This document shows positions 52,052 through 64,000 of a stretch of DNA of 64,000 nucleotides, piece after piece (the first letter of the stretch is position 1; each line of letters begins with the position of its first letter). The position numbers and the translations under genes are program-made. The notes below the pieces were generated by a model, which was not told the origin of the DNA, searched no databases, and saw nothing but the letters and a program-made list of their open reading frames with translations. This DNA is from Catajapyx aquilonaris (Eukaryota). The stretch lies in the NCBI GenBank assembly GCA_000934665.2, contig KZ538021.1, positions 62,001 to 126,000 on the forward strand. The letters run 5' to 3'.

Positions 52052-52329
52052 CTGAAGTGCTCGAGGGGAGGCTGCTTGGAGGGACGATGGGCCAGCAGGC
52101 GATGGCAGTCCTCCTACCCCGGGGAGAAGAAGGGCGGACCGGGCTTCTTCACGGTGCTGGGATCGGCCAGCCTGCTGGGGGTCGGAGGTGCCCTGGCGTA
52201 TGCTAAGTTCGACCCAGAGTTCAGGAAGACTCTGGAGGATAGCGTGCCGTATGCGTCCACAGCTCTGGAGACCGTGCTGGGGCCGGCGGAGACCTTGCCA
52301 CCTCCGCCTGTCAAAGGGAGAGTTATTCC
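52052..52329 (+). CDS. IMMT: Mic60/mitofilin coding exon 2 (rest of presequence and transmembrane anchor)
   Basis: Acceptor ttgcAG. Encodes ...RWASRRWQSS...FFTVLGSASLLGVGGALAYAKFDPEFRKTLEDSVPYA. The GG..AYAK.D..FR...E...PY motif after the TM segment is characteristic of mitofilin. Phase-2 GTGAGT donor. Confidence 0.92.
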
Positions 52330-52699
52330 GTGAGTCAAGGAGGGAATGCGAGGCTGTAGAAATTACAGAAATATGCAAATACAGGGGATTATATGCTAAA
52401 AGACATTTAAAATGTACTGGAAATGATCAAAAGCAACAGTAGTTAGTTCCTCAATCTGGGGCGGACTTCCTGATACCTTATAATTGTGGTCAGTTACCAT
52501 ATTTGACGACATAAAAGACACATGGGCACCTACATCTCAACAGATTATATTCAGGAAAAAAGTATTTAGTGTATTTTCGCATTGTATGCCATTTAGGGGG
52601 GAAAAGTGCATCATTTATGTCGTCAAATTGATGGTGGCTGAAGTTCTATCACCATTTTGGTGTGATAAGTAATGATGGTGATATTATTTTGTTGTACAG

Positions 52700-52806
52700 C
52701 CCCACGACTGGAATCCCAGCATCAAAAGATAAGCAACAGTTGGATCTTGGAATTGTCAAGAAGAGGATGTTAGAGCGAGAAAATGCCAGCAAGGAAAAGG
52801 AAAAGG
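52700..52806 (+). CDS. IMMT: Mic60/mitofilin coding exon 3
   Basis: Acceptor gttgtacAG (phase 2) and donor G|GTTAGT (phase 1). The open frame PTTGIPASKDKQQLDLGIVKKRMLERENASKEKEK bridges the phases of exons 2 and 4. Confidence 0.8.
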
Positions 52807-53239
52807 GTTAGTGCTCAATGTTCAGCATCTATGATTTTTAAGAACTGATTTTATCTGACTGTCAGGTTAAGAAATTGTGGTCCTGGTTTTAGTAGGTAAA
52901 AGAAAAATTAATTAATCTATTGATGCAACTTGGCCTGCTAAGCTATTGGGTCCATTTATGGATCATGTGAATAGTTCTGAGTTCGTCTGAGTCACAATTG
53001 GTGGAGGAAATTTTAAAAAAAAGTTAATGTTGTTCAGGCAGCCCTGCTGTATTAGCTCTTTGCACCCTTATAAAAATAATTTAATGCATTTAAAAGGTAA
53101 AATTTTGACTTAAGAGAGAATTCATCCACATCCAAGCGAGATGATTAACATCGCAGGTCATCTCCACCGCTGTACTGTAGAACATGGTGTAATGCATTCC
53201 TTTGAGTAATAATAATTTTCATAGACATCGTAAGAAAGA

Positions 53240-53366
53240 AAACCTCGCCTTATAGGGCATACCTCGCTTAGACCGGCATGCCGGTATAGCCACCACATTG
53301 AGCATTTCTAAAAACTGGTCGACCTCGCCTACACCGGCATGCCGCAGTAAGTGAGGTAATACGGTA
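53240..53366. mobile_element. Possible end of a Tc1/pogo-type MITE in Mic60 intron 3
   Basis: Repeated CCTCGC and ACCGGCATGCCG motifs, ending in GTAAGTGAGGTAATACGG-TA, similar to TA-CAGTA..ACCTCGCTTA-type termini. The other end was not found. Confidence 0.35.
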
Positions 53367-53932
53367 GAAGTTTCTAGTGTACTTGTATGTCAAAAATTGT
53401 TCATTACTTTTAGTCACTCTTCTAGCTTAATTTTCAGTAGCGTACAGAATAATACAATATGTGGATTTTCCCAGATGTTTAGTTTTACATGCAAGTGTTC
53501 GTACTATACCCTTGCAGAAATTATTGTGTCACCTATGTTTTATGCATGAAAATAAGGGTAATTTTTGAATTTTCGGTGTCATTTTGTTGGAACACCGTGT
53601 ACACTCCTATTTTTCTAAATTTTTTCTTCATAACGTGTAGGTGATGCAATAATTATTCACAGGAAGGTGCGGGTATTTGTATAATACTCTTATTAATCTA
53701 CTCTTAAAATCGGCCAGTCTCATTCAGTCATGACCAGAAAAGCAATGACTTTCTTGTCCCATTAATAATTTACTATGTGCCTTGAAAATCCACTTCTACC
53801 ACCAGTGCTTGTGTAGAATTCAAAGTCTGGTACCTTTCAAGTTGCAGCAACTTAGGCCAGATATAACATAATTAGTTTCTTAATGTTCCATGTAATAATA
53901 CGTATGCAAACTTACCGCTTCATCTGTAACAG

Positions 53933-54362
53933 AGCCATCTAAACCTGCAGAAAAACCATCTGGTCCGAAGCGTCCCAGTGCAGAGGAACAGATTGCTGCT
54001 TTGTCAGCCTCCCTGGCCACACTCCGCTCATCAACGGAGAGTGTGTTGGAAACTGCTATCAGCTCATTGGAATCTGCAGCCCAGGATACAAAGCATCACA
54101 CTGCCCATGTTCTGGACGCCCTGACTACTTATGCAGAGGAAGGAGGGGAAAAGGCCTGGGGGCTAGTAAAGAAAGCATCTGACGCCAAGAAGGAGGCTAT
54201 GCAACGGGCAGAAGCTGCATCGCAGGAAGCAACTCGGAAGATTAATGACCTGAGGGAGGCTGTGAGAAAAGCTGCCTCTGAAGAGGGAACTAAAGGACAT
54301 CAGATGCTGAAGGATGCAGAGGACTTTGCCCTTGCAGCCCTGCAAAGGCTGGATGAGCAGAG
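53933..54362 (+). CDS. IMMT: Mic60/mitofilin coding exon 4 (Ala/Glu/Lys-rich coiled coil)
   Basis: Acceptor ctgtaacAG (phase 1). Encodes EPSKPAEKPSGPKRPSAEEQIAALSASLATL...AWGLVKKASDAKKEAMQRAEAA...LQRLDEQ. Donor AG|GTAATA (phase 2). Confidence 0.9.
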
Positions 54363-54554
54363 GTAATAATTCTTTAGGCATGCTTTTATGCCATTTCAAT
54401 GCCATTTACACACAGGAAAATGTGCTTAAAATGGCTTATCATGCGTGGAAACAGGTGACGTTTTAATTGCGTTCTGATGAGCTGTGACAGAAAAACGAGA
54501 GTAAGGTTTTTTTTTATAGTTACAAAAGTGAGATAGGTCCCTACATTCTTCTGC

Positions 54555-55321
54555 TATTAGCGTGTCCGGAAAGTAAGGTCCGTTATTTATTTTAAAAACC
54601 ACAATGCGCCCCCAAAAATTTTATTTACACATCTGAAATCAACAACTGTCTACTTTTTTTTCAAAATAGTTTCCAAGCAAATCGAGATATTTTTCATTGA
54701 GGTACGCAAGATTTTGTGGGGCTATGTCATAGAGTCTGCCGCCAGCCATTTCCACTATCCCTGAACGCTGGATTGCAACTCCTTGTCATCGTCAGCCTTC
54801 TGCTATGCAAGCCATTTCTTCCTGTCCATGGACAAGTGGTAATTGCTAGGCTCTAAATCCCGGGTGATCGAACAATTCGCACTTCAATTGTCGCGGGTTC
54901 CAGTAAGCAAGCACAGGCGGTAGGCAGCTGGGCATTGTCACGCCAGAAAAACACCCGGAACTCAACATGCCGCTGCGTAATAATTCAAGTGCGAATTGTT
55001 CTATCACCCGGGATTTAGAGCCTAGCGATTACCACCTGTCCATGGACAGGAAGAAATGGCTTGCACAGCAGAAGGTTGACCATGATGAGGAGTTGCTATC
55101 CAGCGTTCAGGGATAGCGGAAATGGCTGCCACTGCTGGCAGACTCTATGACATAGGCCCACAAAATCTTGTGTAATGCAAGGAAAAATGCCTCGATTTGT
55201 TTTGAAACTATTTTGAAAAAAAAATTGACAGTTGTTGATTTCAGATGTGCAATGAAAATTTTGGGGGCGCATTGTGGCTTTTAAAATAAATAACGGACCT
55301 TACTTTCCGGATATGCTAATA
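54555..55321. mobile_element. Fold-back mariner MITE built from two inverted copies of a mariner 3' end (Mic60 intron 4)
   Basis: Termini TA-TTAGCGTGTCCGGAAAGTAAGGTCCG...CGGACCTTACTTTCCGGATATGCTAA-TA. Arms are about 340 bp each. The right arm translates to DLEPSDYHL..RKKWLAQQKVDHDEELLSSVQG...EKCLDL..NYFEK (mariner C-terminus). Confidence 0.9.
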
Positions 55322-55355
55322 CTTCCCCACATAGGCACCCTCCTGACTGATCACT

Positions 55356-56075
55356 TGTTCCAGAAAGTAAGGTAAAACATTTTTTATATTGGAATATTTT
55401 AATGACAGAAGCACACAACTTACACATATTGAAGATATGGTGAATGTCATTAGTTGATATAGTCTCTGAGTCAGTTCAAGCACTTGTCTGACTGTTACAC
55501 CAAGGCTTCTATACCCACCGCCTAAAATTTTGGGTCGTGCTTAAGTAACCAGGCAGTAACCTCTAACTTCACCTCCTCGTCACTGGCAAACCATCTTCCC
55601 ATTGTGTGATGTTTCAGGAGGCCGAAAAGGAAGAAGTCAGAGGGGTCCAAGATTTCTCGTAGTCTGTAAAGAAGCACCCATTTTTTGGGTTCACAATGTC
55701 ACACTAGAGACCAAGATGGTTTCCATGGTTTGGAAGAATCATCCTCTCCAGGCAAAAAATGCCAAGATCAGGCCTTCTGTGAAGAAAGTCATGTCGACTT
55801 GGTTCCCTGAAACGTCACTTATCGGGAAGAGAGTTTGCCAGTGACTACAAGGTGAAGGTAGAGGTTATCACCTGGTTACCTTCACTTGCCTGAAATTTTA
55901 GGCGGGGGGTACAGAAGACTTGGTGTAATGGTAGGACAAGTGCTTGAACTGACTGAGGGATTATATCAAGTAATGACATTCACCATGTCTTCAATATGTA
56001 TAAGTTGTGTGCTTCTGTCATTAAAATTTTCCAAGATAAAAAATGTTTTACCGTACTTTCCGGACACCCCTCATA
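55356..56075. mobile_element. Second fold-back mariner MITE of a different family, Mic60 intron 4
   Basis: Arms at about 55356-55590 and 55832-56075. Right TIR TACTTTCCGGACACCCCTCA-TA. The centre encodes WVHNVTLETKMVSMVWK...AKIRPSVKKVMSTWF, related to mariner WVHHY.PE.K..SMEW...KVMATVFWD. Confidence 0.85.
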
Positions 56076-56084
56076 TAACATGGC

Positions 56085-56720
56085 CCCAAGTTTGTGTGCC
56101 TAATACAATCGACACTCCTGTCAAATACAAGGTTTGCTCTCTAATTAGGCTTCTCCAAGCAGAAGGACACAACACAGCCGAAATTCACAGGAGATCATGT
56201 AACATGTACAGAATGGAGAAAAGTGCGCAAGTGACACTGCTGTGTGGAAATGATGTCGGAATTTTCAAAAAGGACAAATTGTTGTCTATAATGAGGATGG
56301 TCAGGGGAGAAAGTCTGGCGGCTGATGTTGTTGAACCAATCGAGGAATTGGCTTGAGAGCACACCTGTTAACAATTCCAGATCTGTTTGCTGATTTTCTC
56401 CAAAAACTTCAGGGTCAACTCTATGACTTTATGACAGGAAACCTGGGCTATCACAAGGGTTGTGCATAGTGAGTTTGACAACAAAGAAGAGCTGGAAAAG
56501 TGTGTGGATATAGCAGTTTGGCTCAATTACTCAGGCGGGAACCTTCTGTGGGGAAGGCATGCAAATGATGGTGCCACATTATGGCAAGTGCCTTAATTGG
56601 TAAGATGATTATGTGAAGTAGCATAAGAATGTATTTAACTTTTGTGAATATTAAAATTATTTCACCACTCTTAGTTTTCTGTCACAGCTCATAGGAAGGT
56701 TTTACAAGAACACTCAGTGT
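56085..56720 (+). mobile_element. Internally deleted, degenerate mariner transposon
   Basis: IDTPVKYKVCSLIRLLQAEGHNTAEIHRR matches the mariner N-terminus. EGMQMMVPHYGKCLNW*DDYVK* matches the mariner C-terminus GIQKLVPRYDKCLN..GDYVEK. Frameshifts and stops are present. Confidence 0.75.
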
Positions 56721-57029
56721 ATGGAAATTACTTGATTTGCACTAACAAGTCAGTATGTCCATAAATGCACCTACGTGCATTTTTCCTTCTGGTCAGAAGA
56801 ATGCGTTTATAGTTTAAATATGCAACATGAGTAAGAGCCGTGCACCCGGGGTGTGAGAGGATTTCAGGGGGGGCATGAGGCCATGAGAAATACGTAAAAT
56901 AATGTAACATGTTTCCGCTTGGCACTGCTGGAAATATGAAGGGACCAACTTTTCTCCTTGCTTGTAGTCTATCCGATGTGCTTACCGTGTAGGACTGTAG
57001 GAAGATTCCACTGTATTTTGTCAGCTACA

Positions 57030-57231
57030 TTCACCTAAACTTTGTGACCTTGGACCCCAATTTTTTTTTGTTACCCCTATTTCAATCGGTTTTCATTCCT
57101 CAGTTATAAAATTTTCTTTCAAGAAACTCTTGCTGAAATTTATTGGGGGGGGGGGGGGGGGGGNGGGGGGTGTGAGTGTTTGGTGAAAACGAAAAGGGGG
57201 GGCGCCATGACGAAAAGGTTGGGAACCACTG
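57030..57231. mobile_element. Probable hAT (Charlie-like) MITE; right TIR clear, left end uncertain
   Basis: AAAAGGTTGGGAACCACTG is the reverse complement of the typical CAGTGGTTCCCAACC TIR and is followed by CCCTAGAG. Poly-G tract with one N inside. Confidence 0.45.
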
Positions 57232-58067
57232 CCCTAGAGTGTGAGTAATGTTATGATCACTTGCCCATCTCATGTTTATACTTATTTTAACCTATAAGTT
57301 TACTGTACAAATAACGCCTTACATTAGGTGACACAATAAATGTAGGCTGTAGATGTCCAGAGTTGGCACAGTTTGTGAAAGTGAATAATTACGCTATAAT
57401 TTTATTTTGAAACGATTTAAAATAAGGTGATTGAATAAATTTAATAATTTTGTGCACGACCTGAAAGATTTTTGGTTATTGTTCAGAAAGGGGGATCACA
57501 CAATTATTCGCAACAGATGAGATGGAGTGTAGTGATTTCCCCACTGTTGAAAAAAAAAGAGTAAATACTGAATAATAGAAAACCGTAAGCAGTGATTTGG
57601 GTGGCATGTCAATTAGGAGAGTAAAAACTAACCTACTCATAAACAATAATTTAGAAAATAATTCCTGAAAGTGTTTATGTCCCGACACAAAGGCAGACCG
57701 ATCCTATTGGAATCTGCGACTGTCACAATTTGTTGCTTTGTGTGGTATCTGAAATCTGTCTGCACCATACACGGTAAAAACCACCTGTGAAGGGTCATTT
57801 ACTAGTGCCACAAGAAAATCGTAAGTTTTTGTTGCCTCACAGGCAGTAAACCTGTTCCAGTTGTGGTTAAAGCATGCTTATTAATTACAATTAAACATTG
57901 GTCATAGACTACCTGGTGGCTTGTTGCTCCCAAATAGCATAGAAACATAGAAAACTGTAATTTTTTTGTACATGGAATTTTTGCAAGTAAACTTTTGAGT
58001 CACATTGGGTGAATTGTGAATTTGTGACTGTTGTTGTGTTAAACATGGTAATTCTTTCTGACTTCAG

Positions 58068-58287
58068 GTCGAAATTGGGTGGTGCAGCAGCCGAAGCAGA
58101 TGCAGCTCAGAGACTGCATGCTGATTTGAAGAAGTGGACGGGGGAGTTGCAGAAGGAAGTGGAGGCCATCCATCCTGGTATCAAATTTGGGGAAGGTGGG
58201 CAGATGTCTGCATTGGAGTACAGCTTGCTGCTGGGGCATGCTCACAAAAAGATCAATCAGCTCATGGTAGAGATGTCCAAGCTGCAG
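58068..58287 (+). CDS. IMMT: Mic60/mitofilin coding exon 5
   Basis: Acceptor ctgacttcAG (phase 2). Encodes ...ELQKEVEAIHPGIKFGEGGQMSALEYSLLLGHAHKKINQLMVEMSKLQ, matching the mitofilin LIAHAHRRIDQL motif. Donor CAG|GTTAGT (phase 0). Confidence 0.92.
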
Positions 58288-60549
58288 GTTAGTGAATACT
58301 TCATTGGCTATTGACACTAGCTTGATTTGGGGACATCAGCGTTGAAAATGATGCTGGCTTCTTACTACGTAATGACTGAACTTGTACTGAAAGTTTGTGT
58401 GGCTGAGCCTCACCTGCATTGCAATTCACTTCCACGTTATTCACCTTGGTAATTCGGTGCACAATATAACCTGTCAAGAACTGGTTTTTATCATGGGCCA
58501 TCATGGGCTGCTTCTCATCTCAGGACACTGCTAAACTGCATATGATAACGCAACACAGTGGCAAAATGAAAGCATTGCTTTGTTTACAATTATTTACATC
58601 AGACTCATTGGCCACTATGCATGTTGTTCTGCTGCTACCCGCCTACATTTAGACTAGTTGCACATGTATGTGTGTAGCATGCAGCAAAACTTGTTCACGT
58701 CATAAACTGAATTAGCCCTGACACCTGAATTGTTGATGTCTGAAGCTTGTCACCGTCTTGCACATTTGAGAAGCTTACAATCACAGTTCAGCCGTAATTA
58801 TGCACACGACATGAATTTAAGATTTGATTTGAAATGCGTTGGTATTTTGGGTCTTGTCTGATTTGACAAATTACATGTAATTACAGTGATAGGAAACGGA
58901 AATGCAGGATTTTTAAAGACCTGACAATGGCTGGTATGTAGGCTATGAAAAGTTTACAGCGATTTTACAGACATGCTGACACATTTGTCGTGTAGTAGCT
59001 ACATAATCACTTCCAGCATGTCAGTGATATTGAGTCTCCGCATACTGTACAGTGTACAGTATGAAAATATTATTTTTTTTTACTTGCAAGTGCTGGACTG
59101 GGAATGAGTCATTGCATTACACGCAGTATGTTAAAGTTAGTTTTTAGTTGTCAATGGTATTCAAAAGTCGTTTGTGTGATCCAGCGTAATCCTCAATAAT
59201 TGTTGCTCTCAGGTATTTAATAGTTTGTAAGTGGGAGATGGCACAGTACAGTGTGTGGGCTTTGTCATTATAACCTGCAGTGATGTTTTGTGCTAATGTT
59301 TTAATCCCTACTCTTAAGCTTTCCAGTTGCTCTCATAATGGGTGAAATTGCAGTGGTTTTGTTTCAGGGCACAATTTAGATTTAAAAAAAAATTATCAGG
59401 TGGATGTAAAATACTTGGGATATGAACTCTTTGTTGTTGCAGCACTGTACTGGACTACTGCATGTATAATGCATCGTAATATAATGTTAGTATCTATCTT
59501 AACCAAATGTGCCATTGTTATTAATATTCAAAGTTCTATTTGCTTCATACTTAAGTATGAATGGTGTCAGGTTTTAATGATTCATCGAGGCATTTTAGTA
59601 AATGCCTTGAATTCTGAGATACAGTTCTTATTCAGTAAGTTGTGACTACGAGGTTGTAAGTGAATTTTTTATCACGCACTAAGAAAAACACTAGTGTCCA
59701 CTATTCTGTTTGCTGCTTAAATAGTGATTTAATGTGGTTAGACAAACTCTGAATGTAGCAATTCATAGCCATTGGGCTCTATGTCATTGAAGGTAATTGC
59801 TATCATATTTTAAAGTGTGCGATTAGTTTTTTAAAAGAGAATTTCAGTTACATTCAAAGCAAAAGCCTTGCAGAAATTAAATCTGAAATGGAACAACCCT
59901 TTAGGTAACAAAAAACACTGCTTCTGAGAGAAATGACAAACTGTGAAGCGACTTCATTTTATTGCCCTGAAATAGAAATGTCCCAAGGCTTGAGTGATAT
60001 ATGGTGCTCCTCCATTGTCTTGACATGCAACTTTCTTTGTTAAGGATCTGCCGAGATATAAATTTGTCTCAGGCATAATGTTCGAAAGAAATTGAGGCAT
60101 CAAATTATGCTCACCGAAGCCCATTCTTGACTTTCCCCTGCAGAGCGAGGATGATGGGATATTAGGAGTTGCCAGCGATTGCCACTGGATCCCAGTTGAG
60201 TTGTTATTTTGCTTTCTGGATGAGCCCCAAAATTGCCTGGGCTCCTCCCTGGGCTGTGGGGGGCTGGAGGAGGAGGTGATGGGAGAGAGAGACTGCAAGG
60301 ATGGGAGGAGACACCACAAAAGACCCACACTGTTCGAGCACAGCTTTTGTAGAGGGCACTAGATATTAAGCAGGCTAATTAGGATGGTCCTGAATGCGCA
60401 CTGACTTGCTAAGAAAATGCGTACCAGTACTAGTTAGTAGTATTAGACGTGAAGGAAGGATTCAAGGCTGAGAGAACTTGTTGAATGACGCTGGGGATGG
60501 GGGTAATAATGCTCCTTGTGGAAAACCAGTCGCTGGTGCAGGATTTGCG

Positions 60550-62330
60550 GGGGTTGAAATGTATATAGCCAAGGAGTGGTGCACTGCTGGCTCTGAATTG
60601 ACGGATTGTTTTAACCGATTGGAAATGATTTTTCGCTTATCGATCCCCATAAGTAAATGCAGCATTTTGCAAGCGTGTATGGTCAGTTCAGGCCATAAAA
60701 GGGGAGCCCTAATAGCAAATTAGAGTCCGCAGATGAGTGTTACTTGTATAGGCATATTTGAATACTTTATAGCTATAGTATATAGGACCACAGGGCACAC
60801 CATTGATGTAGAAAATCCTCTCATGCCTGGAGCCAAAAAGTTTCCGAAATATTTAATATAATTTACTAGATATTTTTACCGAATTGGATGTGAATTTATT
60901 GACGCAAATTGATTTTTTTTTCCAAATCATGTTTGCGAAAGCTTCCTCCCAACATTGCCAGATTTTCCTGGATTGTGACTGTAGACGATGCTTCACATGC
61001 AGGGCGATATTTGACACCGGGTTTTTTGATTGTCATCGCCCGGTTTTTTCGAGCATGGAACGAGTCGAATCCGTCCGGATGCATTGCCAGTTCAGTCTGC
61101 TGCATAAGAGTCAGTTTGTTCGTTGGAGGATAGTTTCCACCATTTCTGGGGGATTGCTGGGAGGGGGGTCGCGCATGATTTTTTTTTTAAATAAAAAAAA
61201 CTGGCATGGATACGTCTACGTTCTAGCAACAGGAAATTCACACGGCAAACATTTGGGTAACGTCCCAGCCTTTTTGCTGGACGGATTCACCTTTGAATGA
61301 CCCTCGCATGAAATCAGGCCAACCAGAAATGGAGTGTTGACAGTGATGGGACAGGGGAGATACAGATACCTGCAACAAGTTTACATAGCTTTTGCCTGAG
61401 GCCGAATCTTCGCGCAATATCAGCTCAGGACATGATGTAGGCTCATCCAAAACGACTGCCGCAGATCCTCCTGAAATTGCGTTCATACGCACCCCCCCTA
61501 AATATAGTGCAAGCTGTCAGCCCTCGAAACTTTCCGTGACATTATCGAGCACTTCTGTGCCTTATACGCTCGGAATTAGTTCCCTCTCACAAGCCAGTCT
61601 TGCCTTGTTAGACTCCCAACGCACCAACTTCATCCTTAATAGGCAGTTTAATTAGCGGTTTTTTGCCCTTTCGTGGGCTAGTACCGTAGATTTCCATGGG
61701 GACCGTTGAAAGAAGAAAAAGAAGCACGCGACAACTCGGGTTTCATCCTTGCAGCTAGATCGTCCCGCAAAACAGGGGTGGATGAAGGGTAGCCCTGAAT
61801 AGCCAGGATGAGAGCATTGGATTTTCCAACACGGACCATGAGAAGAATACGCCGTGATCATAATAAGCTTTGGCGATTGTTATCACGCGGCTGCTGCATT
61901 GGTCAGCCAATATGTCCACTGAGGTTCATCCCTACTCGATAGAGGGTGGTGCAGAGAGATAATTTATTGCAGTCGTGAAATTATACAGGATGTGATAACG
62001 CAAGCATATGTTGGGCATGGAAAAAAAAAAAGTAGGAACCTTCCCCTTCTGCCATGTAACCGTTGGATTTTGGTCGGAAAAGTACATACGACAAGTTTTA
62101 GTGCTCCATCGATATGGTATCCGGCTTAATCCTAGATTTACAGGGTGGTAAACAAAAGGCGTTCAAATTTACAGCAGCTTACCTATAGGAAGCACATAAG
62201 ACAGGAGCCAACAAGCTCTCGGTTGAGGTCCTACGTTTATTTTTGAGATACTTGCAACTCTGGCCCATATGGTGTGTATCCAAAAGTGGAAACACAAATA
62301 CAAATGCAATTAGTGATTTAGATGCGGATT
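60550..62330 (-). mobile_element. Heavily eroded BEL/Pao LTR-retrotransposon pol remnant (RNase H to integrase), antisense in Mic60 intron 5
   Basis: Degenerate motifs appear in collinear order across shifting minus-strand frames: SASKSLIAFVFV (DAS..AYAAVVY), ARVASISK...RELVGSCL (ARVAP.K...PRLEL.GA.L), LADQCSSRV...HGP (PADLASRG...GP), LGGVR...LRQSFW (integrase zinc finger), PFLVG/DFMRGSF (PF..VGLDFAGPF), DGFDSFHARKNR (AFRRFIARRG), APGMRGFSTSMV (APW.GGFWERMV). No LTRs recognised. Confidence 0.55.
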
Positions 62331-62949
62331 ATACCCAGCAATTTTAAACAATTAGTGCGGAGGTCGTATTTTTCTATAAGGGGGCAGGAATAAACTGGTG
62401 ATGCGATTAGAATACATTACGGTCGCGCTTAATGTCGCACCGATGTGGGGGATTACGGTACTTTTTATTCCCCATATTCCGGTTGGCTCTTGTCTAGTGG
62501 CCATAAAAATGGTATGCGCTCTTTGTGACAGGAGGATAAATGCATTTATTCGTGCCCTCCCCTAGTTTTGAACCCCATGGGACGTGCCTTATCTCATCAA
62601 GTGTGGAGGCTGATGGGGGCTTACCAGAACTTGATTAAGACAGAGCGGGCCCTAATTCTCTGGAAAAGCAGGGAATGTATTGCGTTAGGAAAGGTGAATC
62701 GGTCGGTCGGCATCCGCACCAATTATAGGATTTGGTCCGCTTGAGCCGGGGCTTGGGATTCAGTTACACCGACACCTCTCCTACCCCCTTCCCATATATA
62801 GTCCTGCAGGAAAACACAATCGGGCGTGATCATTACTTTCGGAATGGGGAGGGACATATTTGCATGAAGGGATTCAAAGCGCTTTCCATCTGGGACTTGT
62901 GCATGAATGGTAAATTTTGCTCTCTCTCTCTCTCTACCTCCCCGTACAG

Positions 62950-63072
62950 AATCAGCCGTTCCAGGTGCCTTATAGCGATGGAGTCGACACACAGCATATG
63001 GTTTCCGACATCCGGTTGGAAGCGGAATTGGACAGACTGCGGCGTGACTTGGAGCAAGATCACATCCGTAAG
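62950..63072 (+). CDS. IMMT: Mic60/mitofilin probable coding exon 6; gene continues past the window end
   Basis: Strong polypyrimidine tract plus cAG acceptor and AAG|GTAAGT donor, phase 0/0. Encodes NQPFQVPYSDGVDTQHMVSDIRLEAELDRLRRDLEQDHIRK, whose coiled-coil end fits the mitofilin segment preceding the QLRRQ motif. Confidence 0.75.
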
Positions 63073-64000
63073 GTAAGTGGTATAGAGGCTGCAGACAAGG
63101 GAGATGAACAGAGGAAAGGGGCTGGGGGTGGGAAGGGATTGTAGCTTCGAAATGGGTTTTCTCGTGCTTCGTCTTTCTCAGACACGCGATATTAAAAATT
63201 GCGGAATATTTCCTAAGCCTTCAACCGGTATTTCTTAAGCCTTACGTTATTATTCGGAAAAGATATTGTGTCTTCAAGTCAGCAATAAAGTAAAATCCCG
63301 ATGCCCATGTCGCTAGTATCTGTATAATGTAAAGGATTTTAATAATATTTATACATATTTTAAATATCGCGTTTTGTTCATACCGGTATAACAGAGTTAT
63401 TTTAAAGACCTTAAATATTTAACATGGCAGACATTGTATGTTGGGTTGAGATCTCAAAGGTTTCGAAAGGCCGTCTGTATGATTTCAAGGCGGGAAAGGA
63501 GTGGATGAGACAGTACGTAATATCTCATCATTTGCGTTAAAAGTCCTTTTGGCGATAAATTTCTCTCCATACATAAAGACAGACCGAATCAATATTGGCT
63601 AGGCCGTCTCCAGATGTGCGTGAGAGAAAAAAAAGAGGAAGAGGAAGAAGAGGACCGAGAATATTTTGTTTCTGCAATATTTCTTCCCAGCTGCGATTCG
63701 TAATGCGGAAGGGATAAAGTTGGTGCTGAAAGTGAAGTGAGTTGGACAGGACTAGACTTCCTTTTTTTATATATATAAAGTTCCTATACTACTACTTCTC
63801 TTTTGCTTCTCTCTCCTCCTTCTCTCTTTCCCCGGCAAACTCTGAGGTGTTTGTGTATAGCTGCAAAAAGAAAGGAAGTGAGAGCTCGAAGAATGGGATT
63901 ATGGGAGAAAAGGAGAGTTTGAGAAGTGCTGCTATGGACTTTGAGAAATTGAAGCTAGGGCCTGGGGTTCGAGGAAATCCAGTGCCATGCAACCAGACGA

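Noticed and set aside
61238..61492. ORF containing GGSAAVVLDEPTS, resembling an ABCA-transporter Walker B motif
   Set aside because: No ABC signature, Walker A motif or exon structure nearby. Another frame of the same bases gives LRQSFW within a collinear retrotransposon integrase.

Overview
This is a eukaryotic, very probably arthropod, genomic window with no bacterial or phage features. It holds two spliced genes in divergent (head-to-head) orientation. The first is a complete three-exon Emx/empty-spiracles homeobox gene on the minus strand (CDS 43986..43407, 30209..30037, 21576..21346; 327 aa; eh1 motif, YPW motif, Emx homeodomain). The second is the 5' part of Mic60/mitofilin (IMMT) on the plus strand (six phase-compatible exons from 51711 to 63072, continuing beyond the window). 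The rest is non-coding: a gene-free region of at least 21 kb 3' of Emx and long introns with enhancer-like blocks. It also contains non-autonomous DNA transposons (a hAT element with a perfect 8-bp TSD and a nested mariner, fold-back mariner MITEs) and a heavily eroded BEL/Pao retrotransposon. The most unusual observations are two abutting perfect (TA)4-centred palindromes, three repeat structures rich in YY1/Pho motifs, two strong-context uORFs ahead of the Emx ATG, and two miR-263a/miR-183 8-mer sites in the Emx 3' UTR. I found no convincing new protein-coding system; almost all ORFs in the supplied track are spurious.
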